DNA of 64,000 nt from positions 6,018 to 70,017 of the forward strand of contig DATHVW010000104.1 in the NCBI GenBank assembly GCA_035461085.1, in the 5' to 3' direction. Position numbers and translations under genes: made by a program. Positions 45,621-54,036 of this stretch are shown piece after piece. The stretch comes from Longimicrobiales bacterium. Lineage in GTDB: Bacteria > Gemmatimonadota > Gemmatimonadetes > Longimicrobiales > RSA9. Within the stretch, counting starts at the first letter, position 1. Every line of letters starts with the position of its first letter. The notes below the pieces were generated by a model. It did not search any database. It was not told where the DNA came from and was given only the letters and a program-made list of their open reading frames with translations.

Positions 45621-47512
45621 GAGCCCTCACCCTCCAGGTACGTATAGCCGTTCAGCCCGGCGATGTAGTCCGCAATGAAGGCGTTGGCCTCGATGCGCGC
45701 GAGGCCGGTGGCGTTCTGAACCTTGCGCCGGAACGTGGTGATCAGGTCCTGCGCATTGAACTGCACGTAGTTCAACACCTCCGTGATCGTATCGCCGTGG
45801 ACCAGGTCCTCGATCTCGTATCCCGAGTCCGTCAGCTTGATGTGCACGGCGTTCGTGTCGCCGAACAGGTTGTGCAGGTCTCCGAGGATCTCCTGATACG
45901 CGCCGGTGAGGAAGATCCCGAGCACGTACGGCTCCTCGCCGCGCAGCGGATGCAGCTCGAGGTTGGGCTTCGGGCGGCGCCAGCCGACGAACCGGTCGAT
46001 CTTGCCATCGGAGTCGCACGTCACATCCTGCAGCGTACCGCGACGGGTCGGCTCCTCGTTGAGACGGTGCACGGGCATGATCGGGAAGAGCTGGTCGATC
46101 GCCCACGAATCCGGCAGCGACTGGAACAGCGAGAAGTTGCAGAAGTAGCGGTCGGTCAGGTTCGCGTTTACGTCGGGCAGGATGTCGCCGTACTCCTCCT
46201 CGTTGTCGCCCGCAAGCTGCGCGATCCGGTTCATGAGCGCGACCTGAAGCCGCTCGGCGACAGCGCGTTCGCGCAGGGAGAGCACGCCGCTGTGAAAATG
46301 AGACTGTGCCTGCTCCTTTGCGAACAGCGTGTCGTGGTAGACCTCGCGCAGGCTCCGGTCATCGATGTCATTGAGCGCGGCGAAGAGATCATGGACGAGC
46401 GGGTGCGCGTCGTCCGGCACCTCGGCGGGAGCATCTGCGACCTGCGTCTCGATGTCGATGACGTTGAGCAGCAGCAGTGCATGGTGCGCGGTGAGCGCGC
46501 GCCCGGACTCCGAAATAATGTGAGGCATGGGCAGCTCGGCCTCGCGACACGCCTCGGCGAGTGAGTATACGATGTCGTTCGCATATTCCTGCACCGAGTA
46601 GTTGACGGACGCCGCCGCCGTCGAGCGCGTGCCCTCGTAATCGACGCCCAGGCCGCCGCCCACATCCACATACTCGATGCGCACGCCCAGCTGCTGCATC
46701 TCGACGTAGTAGCGCGACACCTCGGTCATCGCCGCCTTGATGTTCCGGATGTCCGGGATCTGCGAGCCGATGTGGAAATGGATCATCTTCAGGATGTCCG
46801 TGCGGTCCACCGACTGCAGCTTGTCCACCACACGCATGAGCTGTGCGGCATTCAGCCCGAACTTGCTCTTCTCGCCGGCAGTCTCCGACCAGCGACCCGC
46901 GCCCGTCGTGGACAGCTTGATGCGCACACCGGCGGTCGGCACTACGTCCATCTCGTCCGCGACCTTCAGCAGCGTGTCCACCTCGCCGATCTTCTCCAGC
47001 ACGATGAGCACGGTGTGGCCCAGCTTCTGGCCCATGAGCGCCAGCCGGATGTACTCCTCGTCCTTGTAGCCGTTGCACACGATCATGTGATCGGCGCGCT
47101 CGGTCAGCGCGAGCACGGCCTGCAGCTCCGGCTTGCTGCCGACTTCCAGACCCACATTGTACTTGCGCCCGAACGCGACGATCTCCTCCACGACGTGCCG
47201 CTGCTGATTCACCTTGATCGGATAGACCGTGGTGTAATCGCCGGTATAGTCGAAGTCGCGGATGGCGGTGCGGAACCGCTCCGTCAGCATCTCGATGCGT
47301 GTGCGCAGGATGTCGGAGAACCGGAGCAGCAGCGGGAGGCCCACGCCCTGTGCCTCCAGGTCCATGGCTATTTCGTAGAGGTCGAGGCCGCGGTCCGGCG
47401 CCTTGGTCGGGTGCACGGTGACGTGGCCGAGATCATTGATGTCGAAATAGCCGATCCCCCACCCCTCGATGTTGTAGAGGTCACGGCTGTCGTCGGTGGT
47501 CCAGCTCATCAT
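45617..47512 (-). CDS. speA: Biosynthetic arginine decarboxylase
   Basis: Full-length SpeA-type sequence (WTTDDSRDLYNIEGWGIGYF..., PIKVNQQ, GLEVGSKPEL, GGGLGVDY). About 631 aa from MMSWTT. Confidence 0.9.
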   Translation of the reverse strand: MMSWTTDDSRDLYNIEGWGIGYFDINDLGHVTVHPTKAPDRGLDLYEIAMDLEAQGVGLPLLLRFSDILRTRIEMLTERFRTAIRDFDYTGDYTTVYPIKVNQQRHVVEEIVAFGRKYNVGLEVGSKPELQAVLALTERADHMIVCNGYKDEEYIRLALMGQKLGHTVLIVLEKIGEVDTLLKVADEMDVVPTAGVRIKLSTTGAGRWSETAGEKSKFGLNAAQLMRVVDKLQSVDRTDILKMIHFHIGSQIPDIRNIKAAMTEVSRYYVEMQQLGVRIEYVDVGGGLGVDYEGTRSTAAASVNYSVQEYANDIVYSLAEACREAELPMPHIISESGRALTAHHALLLLNVIDIETQVADAPAEVPDDAHPLVHDLFAALNDIDDRSLREVYHDTLFAKEQAQSHFHSGVLSLRERAVAERLQVALMNRIAQLAGDNEEEYGDILPDVNANLTDRYFCNFSLFQSLPDSWAIDQLFPIMPVHRLNEEPTRRGTLQDVTCDSDGKIDRFVGWRRPKPNLELHPLRGEEPYVLGIFLTGAYQEILGDLHNLFGDTNAVHIKLTDSGYEIEDLVHGDTITEVLNYVQFNAQDLITTFRRKVQNATGLARIEANAFIADYIAGLNGYTYLEGEGS

Positions 47513-47701
47513 CCGGTCCGGCTGAGGTTCGCTGTCAGTGCACTCGCCGGCGGGCGACCGCGCCCTCTGGCATCGCGCGAATTGTAGCAGGTCCGCACGT
47601 GTGCGAAAGGGCGGGTCGCGCATCCGGCCGGACGCCAGCGGGACCGGCGTGCCGCACGGACCCGGGCCGCCGCCCCGCCACTGTCGCCTGCGTGCGTCGA
47701 G

Positions 47702-48745
47702 TCACCGCATGGTCGCCAGCTCGATGTTGCTGATGTGGCCGCCGTACTCCCGGTGGATCTGCACCTTCCGCTCGACCATCTCGATCACGGGCGCCGCGAA
47801 ATCTACCTTCTGCAGGCGCCCGGCAATGTTCAGCCCGCCCGTGCTGATGCAGTTGATCTCCACGATGCGGTCCGCGACGATGTCCAGGCCGGCAAAGAAG
47901 ATTCCGTCGCGTTTCAGCTTCGGGCCCACGATCGCTGCCAGCTCCAGCATCCGGTCCGTCACGCGGCCGCGGGTGCCCTTGCCGCCGGCCGTCATGTTCG
48001 ATCGGAAGTCTTCACCCTGCGCCACGCGCCTCAGGGCCGCATACTTCCCGTCGACCATGAGCGGTTCGCCGTTGACCAGGAAGAAACGCGTGTCGGAGCG
48101 GTCGCCGGGGAGGAATTCCTGCGCCATGATGTAGCCGCCTCGCTGGATCGTCTCCACCATCTGCTTCAGGTTCGTCAGGTCCTTCTCGACCAGGAACACA
48201 TCGGCGCCGCCGTATCCGTTCAGCGGCTTCATGACGATCTTGCGCCCGCACTCCTCGTGGAACCGGCGGATCTCTTCCACGTCGCGCGTGACGATCGTCC
48301 GGGGTCTGACGGATTCCGGAAAATGCTGGAAGTACAGCTTGTCGATGGCGTAGGCGAGCGTATCGGGGTGGTTGAGCACGATGACGCCGCGTGCCATGGC
48401 CAGGCGGCCGAAGAGCACGCCCGCCTGCTGGGCCCACGCGCGGTCGTTCTCCACTTCCTCCGACGGATTGTACCGCAGCCAGAACACGTCCATGTCATCC
48501 GTCGTGATCCGCTCGCGCGGCGCGTCCCTGGCCTGGAGTGCTGCGAGGAAGCTCTCCTTCGTGCGCGCGTTCGCCGGTGCAACGTGTGCCAGGCCGCCAA
48601 TCCGGCCGTCCTCGAGGTATGTGAGCTGGTCGATGCCGATCACGTGCACGGTGTGGCCGAGCTTCGCGGCTGCATGGCACAATATGGTCGTGGTGGCGGG
48701 GGGAACCTCCGTCGCCACGTCGTTCACCAGAAAGGTTATCCTCAT
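47702..48745 (-). CDS. Glutathione-synthetase-like ATP-grasp ligase (GshB fold, substrate unknown)
   Basis: Aligns by eye with E. coli GshB landmarks: MKPLNGYGGADVF, GDRSDTRFFLVNGEP, GLDIVADRIVEINCIS. The start overlaps the upstream stop (ATGA). Confidence 0.7.
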   Translation of the reverse strand: MRITFLVNDVATEVPPATTTILCHAAAKLGHTVHVIGIDQLTYLEDGRIGGLAHVAPANARTKESFLAALQARDAPRERITTDDMDVFWLRYNPSEEVENDRAWAQQAGVLFGRLAMARGVIVLNHPDTLAYAIDKLYFQHFPESVRPRTIVTRDVEEIRRFHEECGRKIVMKPLNGYGGADVFLVEKDLTNLKQMVETIQRGGYIMAQEFLPGDRSDTRFFLVNGEPLMVDGKYAALRRVAQGEDFRSNMTAGGKGTRGRVTDRMLELAAIVGPKLKRDGIFFAGLDIVADRIVEINCISTGGLNIAGRLQKVDFAAPVIEMVERKVQIHREYGGHISNIELATMR

Positions 48746-50598
48746 TCGCTGTCGCTGATCATCTGTGTCAGGGTGAGCCCATCGCGCAGCGCATCCAGGC
48801 GGTGCGCCGTGTCCGGCTGTTCGAACAGGCGCGGCAGCAGTGCCGGCGCCTGGAGGTAGTCCCGCGCGCGCAGCTCCTCGACGATCGGGACGTGCTTTGC
48901 TGCGATCTTGCCCACGTAGAGCGGCTCGATGGCGCCGCCGGCGCGTATGTACTCCACGAGGCGGAGCAGCCCGCGCAGGTAGATGAGATCACGCGTGAAG
49001 CCGCCGCTCGCGTGAACGCGCTCGGTCACATCGAATGCAGTGCCGGCCGGCAGGCCGTGATCCTGTGTGAGGATGCGGAACGTGTCGATGAAGCCGGCGC
49101 CCTGTTCCACCGAATGGGCCGCCACGACGCGTGCGGCGAGCACGCGCATGCGTGATGCGTCGAGGCCATCGGCGAGGTACTCGGCGAGCACCGCGAGTCC
49201 TTCCTGGAGCTCGTCGTATCCCGCCAGGCCGTTGTACAGCTGTCGGAGCGGCTGCGCACGGCCGTTGTAGTACGTCAGCACGTGCGTGCCGACCTCGTGG
49301 TGCAGCAGCGGCAGCGCGCGCTCCGGTCGCAGCGCGAGCGCTTCGCCGATCAGCAGGTTGCCCTGCGAAACCATGAGTCCGACCAGGTCGGGGCGGATCT
49401 GTACTTCAGCGGCGAGATCGGGATATGACGCACGATAGTACTCCAGCTCCGTGCGCGCGGCCGCGGCGAACTCCTGCGCGGACACGTACGTCTTCGCGCG
49501 TCTGCGGACTGGCGGCGGTACGTCACCGAGCACATCACGCGCGACGTTCAGCAGCATGTCATCGACCGCGCCGTACAGGCGCATGCTCGCGAACCGGAAG
49601 CCCTCCGTGTTGCGCTCCGCGATGAGCGTGATCTGGCGATCGAGCTCGTCGCGCTTGTCACGCAGCAGGAACGCCATCGCCGGGTCGGCAACAGGCTCGA
49701 GATCCACGTCGAACAGCTGCCGTTTGAGCGAGTCGGGATCGACCGGGAGCAGCCGGTAGCGGAACTGGGGCGCGCGGCTGAACTGGCTGTCACGGAATGC
49801 TGCCCACGCTTCCCCGATGTTGACGGGCGACACGAGAAGCAGGAGCTGGTAGGACGACTCGATGTCGGCGAGAGCCCGGTCCGCGTCGGCCACCTCGCGT
49901 CCGAACCGGCGCGGCCCGACCGCGCGGTAGCTCTCGAATCCGGCACTGGTCTGCACGCGCGCAAAGTCGAATGCGGTCTGGCGCAGCACACCGGAGAGCA
50001 GCTGACGCAGCCGGCGCAGGAACACGGGATACACGGTGCCCGTTTCCGCGTCGCGGAAGATGGGTGGAACCTCGAGGCCGACGAGGAGACAACCGATGTC
50101 CCAGCACTCCTGCGTGGTGAGGAGCGGGTCGAGATCCGGCGGATGTCGTGCGTCCGTCTGTCGTACCCGCACCGTCGTGCGGACGTCCGGATCCGTCATT
50201 TCGCGCAGGCCGCGACACAGTGCGTCCACGGTCCCCGCTGCAGCGCCCGTCGGCGCGTGCACGACGAACTCCGTGCTGTCCGCAGGACCGGACCACAGCT
50301 CCAGGATCATGAACGAATCGAGCTCGCGCGTCGCGGCGGCGGCGAGTGCGGCTACGACGTCGTGCGTCTCGTCCACAGCTTCGCCCAGCGCGACCAGATA
50401 CGACGCCTCGCCCAGTACCAGGCGGTGCGTGCCGGGATCCTCGCGCTCGGGGGGCTGGCGATAGACGAAGAGGTAGGGCAGCTTGCGATCGAGGTTCAGC
50501 ACTCCGCCGTCCGGCAGGCGCTCGCGCACGTGCGCATCCGTGCGGAACCGTCGCAGGGTCCGTTCGATCAGCGCGCTGTCGACAATGGCAGAGCTCAT
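48742..50598 (-). CDS. DUF1704 / QEGLA-motif protein (tyrosine/phenylalanine carboxypeptidase-domain family)
   Basis: Contains the family-defining QEGLA (YDELQEGLAVLAEY) and HEVGTH (HExxxH). Start at MSSAIVDS (ATG 50598). Confidence 0.7.
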   Translation of the reverse strand: MSSAIVDSALIERTLRRFRTDAHVRERLPDGGVLNLDRKLPYLFVYRQPPEREDPGTHRLVLGEASYLVALGEAVDETHDVVAALAAAATRELDSFMILELWSGPADSTEFVVHAPTGAAAGTVDALCRGLREMTDPDVRTTVRVRQTDARHPPDLDPLLTTQECWDIGCLLVGLEVPPIFRDAETGTVYPVFLRRLRQLLSGVLRQTAFDFARVQTSAGFESYRAVGPRRFGREVADADRALADIESSYQLLLLVSPVNIGEAWAAFRDSQFSRAPQFRYRLLPVDPDSLKRQLFDVDLEPVADPAMAFLLRDKRDELDRQITLIAERNTEGFRFASMRLYGAVDDMLLNVARDVLGDVPPPVRRRAKTYVSAQEFAAAARTELEYYRASYPDLAAEVQIRPDLVGLMVSQGNLLIGEALALRPERALPLLHHEVGTHVLTYYNGRAQPLRQLYNGLAGYDELQEGLAVLAEYLADGLDASRMRVLAARVVAAHSVEQGAGFIDTFRILTQDHGLPAGTAFDVTERVHASGGFTRDLIYLRGLLRLVEYIRAGGAIEPLYVGKIAAKHVPIVEELRARDYLQAPALLPRLFEQPDTAHRLDALRDGLTLTQMISDSE

Positions 50599-50663
50599 TT
50601 CGTTCCTGGTCTCGTAATCGTGCGAAATCATGTAGCAAGGTCGGGGCCGGAGGGAGGCTGTAC

Positions 50664-51845
50664 ATGACGTTCCCTGCACGGGTGGCGGGTCTGATCGCGG
50701 TGCTCTCCATCACTGCATGTGCCACGTCGGCGCGGCAGGCGGCGATTGCGCCGGTCGCGTTCGCCGATGCGGACAGTGTCGCGACCATGACGCTCGCACC
50801 CGGCGTGACGCACACGTTCGTGCGAGATGCGCGCGGGCCGTGGGCGATTCACGTGATCGAGGTCGATGCGCGCCGCTGTGAGCCGCTGCTGGAGGCGCGC
50901 AAGCCCGGCACTGCCCTGAGTGAACGGGCAACCACGTCCGCACTCACCGGCGACGCGCTCGCCGGCGTCAATGCCGACTTCTTCATGCTGCCGGGTGGAA
51001 CGCCGGTGGGCGCTCACGTCGCGGCCGGGGTGCCGCTCATCGGACCGGGCGACCGCCCCGTGTTCGCCATCACGGGCCCGGCACCCGCCGGGTGGAGGAT
51101 CGGCACTGCGCAGATCAGTGGACACGCGCGCGTGCGGGCGGACACTGCGGAGGTCGCGCAGGTGAACCGGAGCCCGCGCGCGACCTCCGCGTACCGCGTA
51201 CCGACCGATGGACTCACGCTCTTCACCAGCTGGATCGGTGACTCCGTTCCAGCTGACAGCGCCGCGCGCAGTGTGCTGCTGCGCGTGATCACGGGCGGCG
51301 CGTCGGGCGGCCAGGGTGTGGTGGTGGCGGCCGATTCGGCTGCAGCCGCGTCCGTCATCGGTACCGGCGCTGCGGTCCTGCTCGCCCGTGGAGGCACCCG
51401 CGAGTGGGCACGCCGGCGCACGGCGGGAGATACGGTCCATTGGACGATTCAGGTCACTGTCGGCCCGCCGGACGCCCGGGCGCCGGTCCGGGAAGCGGTC
51501 GGCGGGTTTCCGGTTCTGCTCCGTGACGGCGCGGCGGTCCTGGCCGAACAGACGGTCGGCGCCAGCTTCTCGACCGAGCGGCATCCGCGCACGGCGATCG
51601 GCTGGACGCCCGATGGCCGACTCCTGCTCGTGGTCGTGGACGGCCGGCAGCCGGAATGGAGCGCCGGCATGTCGCTCGACGAGATGACGTGGCTGTTCCG
51701 GAGCCTCGGCGCATCCGACGCGCTGAACCTCGATGGCGGCGGTTCGACCGCGATGGTCGTCGGCGGTACGGTCGTGAACCGGCCGTCGGACCGCGAGGGC
51801 GAACGTGCCGTCGGCAACGCCCTCGCGCTGACCGGCTGTCGCTGA
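50664..51845 (+). CDS. Phosphodiester glycosidase family lipoprotein (NAGPA/DUF2233 domain)
   Basis: Lipobox LSITAC, C-terminal motif ALNLDGGGSTAMVV, RHPRTAIGW. Confidence 0.6.
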   Translation: MTFPARVAGLIAVLSITACATSARQAAIAPVAFADADSVATMTLAPGVTHTFVRDARGPWAIHVIEVDARRCEPLLEARKPGTALSERATTSALTGDALAGVNADFFMLPGGTPVGAHVAAGVPLIGPGDRPVFAITGPAPAGWRIGTAQISGHARVRADTAEVAQVNRSPRATSAYRVPTDGLTLFTSWIGDSVPADSAARSVLLRVITGGASGGQGVVVAADSAAAASVIGTGAAVLLARGGTREWARRRTAGDTVHWTIQVTVGPPDARAPVREAVGGFPVLLRDGAAVLAEQTVGASFSTERHPRTAIGWTPDGRLLLVVVDGRQPEWSAGMSLDEMTWLFRSLGASDALNLDGGGSTAMVVGGTVVNRPSDREGERAVGNALALTGCR

Positions 51846-51891
51846 TCCGCGGCCGGAAACGTATGGTCCGGGGCTTGCGCTCACAGGCGTC

Positions 51892-53388
51892 ATGAGTGAT
51901 GCGACCGCTGTGCGCCGTCGCCCTCACAGCGCCAGCCGGGAGACGCTCCTGGCGACGCTGCGGGAGCGGTTCGGCTTCAACGAATTCCGGCCGGGCCAGG
52001 AAGACATCATCCGGGCGATCCTCGACGGGAGGGACACGCTGGCGGTGATGCCCACGGGCGCAGGCAAGTCACTGATCTTCCAGCTGCCGGCGCTGCTGCT
52101 GGACGGCCTGACCGTGGTGGTCTCGCCGCTGATCGCACTGATGAAGGATCAGACGGACAAGCTGGAGGAGCTGGGGGTGGATGCCCTGACCATCAACTCC
52201 GGGCTCACCGCGCGCGAGCAGCGCGAGGCCGAGGAGGCGGTCGCGGCTGGGGCGGGCGACATTCTCTACGTGACGCCGGAGCGGTTCCGCGACCGGGAGT
52301 TCTTCGAGACGCTGCTGGAGCGCCGGGTGGCGCTTTTCGTGGTGGACGAAGCGCACTGCATCAGCCACTGGGGTCACGATTTCCGTCCGGACTACATGAT
52401 GCTCGGCTCGATCGCGGACCGGCTGGACCGGCCGCCGATCGTGGCACTGACCGCGACCGCGGGTCCGGATGTGCAGGATGACATCATCCGGCAGCTGCGG
52501 ATGCGGGAGCCGTTCCGCCGGATCGGCGAGCTGATCCGGCCGAACCTGCTGCTGGAAGTACAGCGCACGGTCAATCAGGCGCTGAAGGACGCGGCGCTGG
52601 AGAAGCTGCTTGGCGAGACGGAGGGCACGGGCATCATCTACGTCGCCACGGTGAAGGAGGCGAAGCGACTGTACGAAGAGCTGTCGCAGCGCTGGCCTGT
52701 GGCGATGTATCACGGAAAGATGCAGTCGAAGGAGCGGCACGAAGCGCAGGAGATGTTCATGGGCGATGGCGTGAAGGCGGTGATCGCGACGAACGCATTC
52801 GGCCTCGGCATCGACAAGCAGGACATCCGTTTCATCATCCATTATCACCTGCCGGGCTCGCTGGAGGCATACTACCAGGAGGCGGGGCGGGCGGGGCGCG
52901 ATGGCGGCCGCGCGCGCTGCACGATCCTCTACCGCGAGGAGGATCGCGCGATCCAGGGATACTTCCTGGGCGGCAAGTACCCGGATGATGGCGAAGCGTT
53001 GAACGTCGCACGCGTGGTGAACGGCATCGGTGACGGCGAGCGGATGGCGTTGAACGACATTGCGGAGCGCGCGGACGTCGCACGCCGCAAGGCGCGCATC
53101 GTGCTCACACTCATGAAGCGTTTCGGCGCGGTGCGTGAGTATCGCGGCGGCGCCTGGGAGCGGCTCATCCCGGATGTCACGACGGTCCCGCTGCACGACC
53201 AGCTGATGGATTACGAGTCACGCCGGCAGGCCGACCGGGCGAAGCTGGAGGCCATGGTGCGCTACTGCCGTACGGCGCAGTGCCGCACCCGGCAGATCCT
53301 GGCGTACTTCGGCGATGACCCGGGCGCGGAATACCGCTGTGGCCACTGCGACAACGACACCGACATCCGCGACGCCACAGGCGCCTGA
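51892..53388 (+). CDS. recQ: RecQ family ATP-dependent DNA helicase (short form, no HRDC)
   Basis: FRPGQ, MPTGAGKS, DEAH (VVDEAHCISHWGHDFRPDY), QEAGRAGRDG, and a zinc-binding Cys cluster (CRTAQCRT...CGHCDNC). Confidence 0.85.
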   Translation: MSDATAVRRRPHSASRETLLATLRERFGFNEFRPGQEDIIRAILDGRDTLAVMPTGAGKSLIFQLPALLLDGLTVVVSPLIALMKDQTDKLEELGVDALTINSGLTAREQREAEEAVAAGAGDILYVTPERFRDREFFETLLERRVALFVVDEAHCISHWGHDFRPDYMMLGSIADRLDRPPIVALTATAGPDVQDDIIRQLRMREPFRRIGELIRPNLLLEVQRTVNQALKDAALEKLLGETEGTGIIYVATVKEAKRLYEELSQRWPVAMYHGKMQSKERHEAQEMFMGDGVKAVIATNAFGLGIDKQDIRFIIHYHLPGSLEAYYQEAGRAGRDGGRARCTILYREEDRAIQGYFLGGKYPDDGEALNVARVVNGIGDGERMALNDIAERADVARRKARIVLTLMKRFGAVREYRGGAWERLIPDVTTVPLHDQLMDYESRRQADRAKLEAMVRYCRTAQCRTRQILAYFGDDPGAEYRCGHCDNDTDIRDATGA

Positions 53389-53460
53389 GACGACGCTTGC
53401 CAGATTGAGGGTACCCCGCCTATTCTGCGCGTGGATCCCCACGAGAAACGAGGCCGTGTC

Positions 53461-53931
53461 ATGATCGACGACGTCGATCGCACCATACTCGACGCGCTTC
53501 AGCAGAACGCGCGCACATCGAACGCCGAGATAGCGCGGCGCGTGGGCATGGCGCCGTCCGCGATCTTTCAGCGTGTACGCAAGCTCGAGGAGAGCGGCCT
53601 CATCCAGGGCTACACGGCACGCCTGAACGCCAAGGCCCTCGGCTACGGCCTCGTCGCGTTCATCATGGTTCAGACGAGGGACAACGCGTCCTCGGTCGAT
53701 ACGGCCGGCCTGATCGCGGAGCTGCCCGAGGTCCTGGAGGTCCATCGCGTCGTCGGTGAGGACTGCTTCATCGTTAAGGCGCGGGTGCGTGACACGGATC
53801 ATCTGGCCGAGCTGCTCGAGCACCGCCTCCAGCCGATCCGCTCCATCGCATCCACGCGCACGACCATCGTGGTGAAGACGGTCAAGGACCGCGATGATCT
53901 CCCCATGGCGAGCGCGAACGGCAGCGGTTGA
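53461..53931 (+). CDS. Lrp/AsnC family transcriptional regulator
   Basis: DDVDRTILDALQQNARTSNAEIARRVGMAPSAIFQRVRKLEESGLI HTH plus a RAM domain. Confidence 0.85.
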   Translation: MIDDVDRTILDALQQNARTSNAEIARRVGMAPSAIFQRVRKLEESGLIQGYTARLNAKALGYGLVAFIMVQTRDNASSVDTAGLIAELPEVLEVHRVVGEDCFIVKARVRDTDHLAELLEHRLQPIRSIASTRTTIVVKTVKDRDDLPMASANGSG

Positions 53932-53979
53932 ATCAGACGCGCGTCACGGCAGTGTGACGTCGATGGCGCGGACAGATGT

Positions 53980-54018
53980 GAAGAGGGGGAGAACGCACCG
54001 GGCGCTCTCCCCCTCTTC
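53980..54018. terminator. Bidirectional hairpin between lrp and the M14 peptidase gene
   Basis: Perfect 13-bp stem GAAGAGGGGGAGA/TCTCCCCCTCTTC with a 13-nt loop, between convergent stops. Confidence 0.65.
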
Positions 54019-54036
54019 GTTCGTGCCGTCGGCCGG

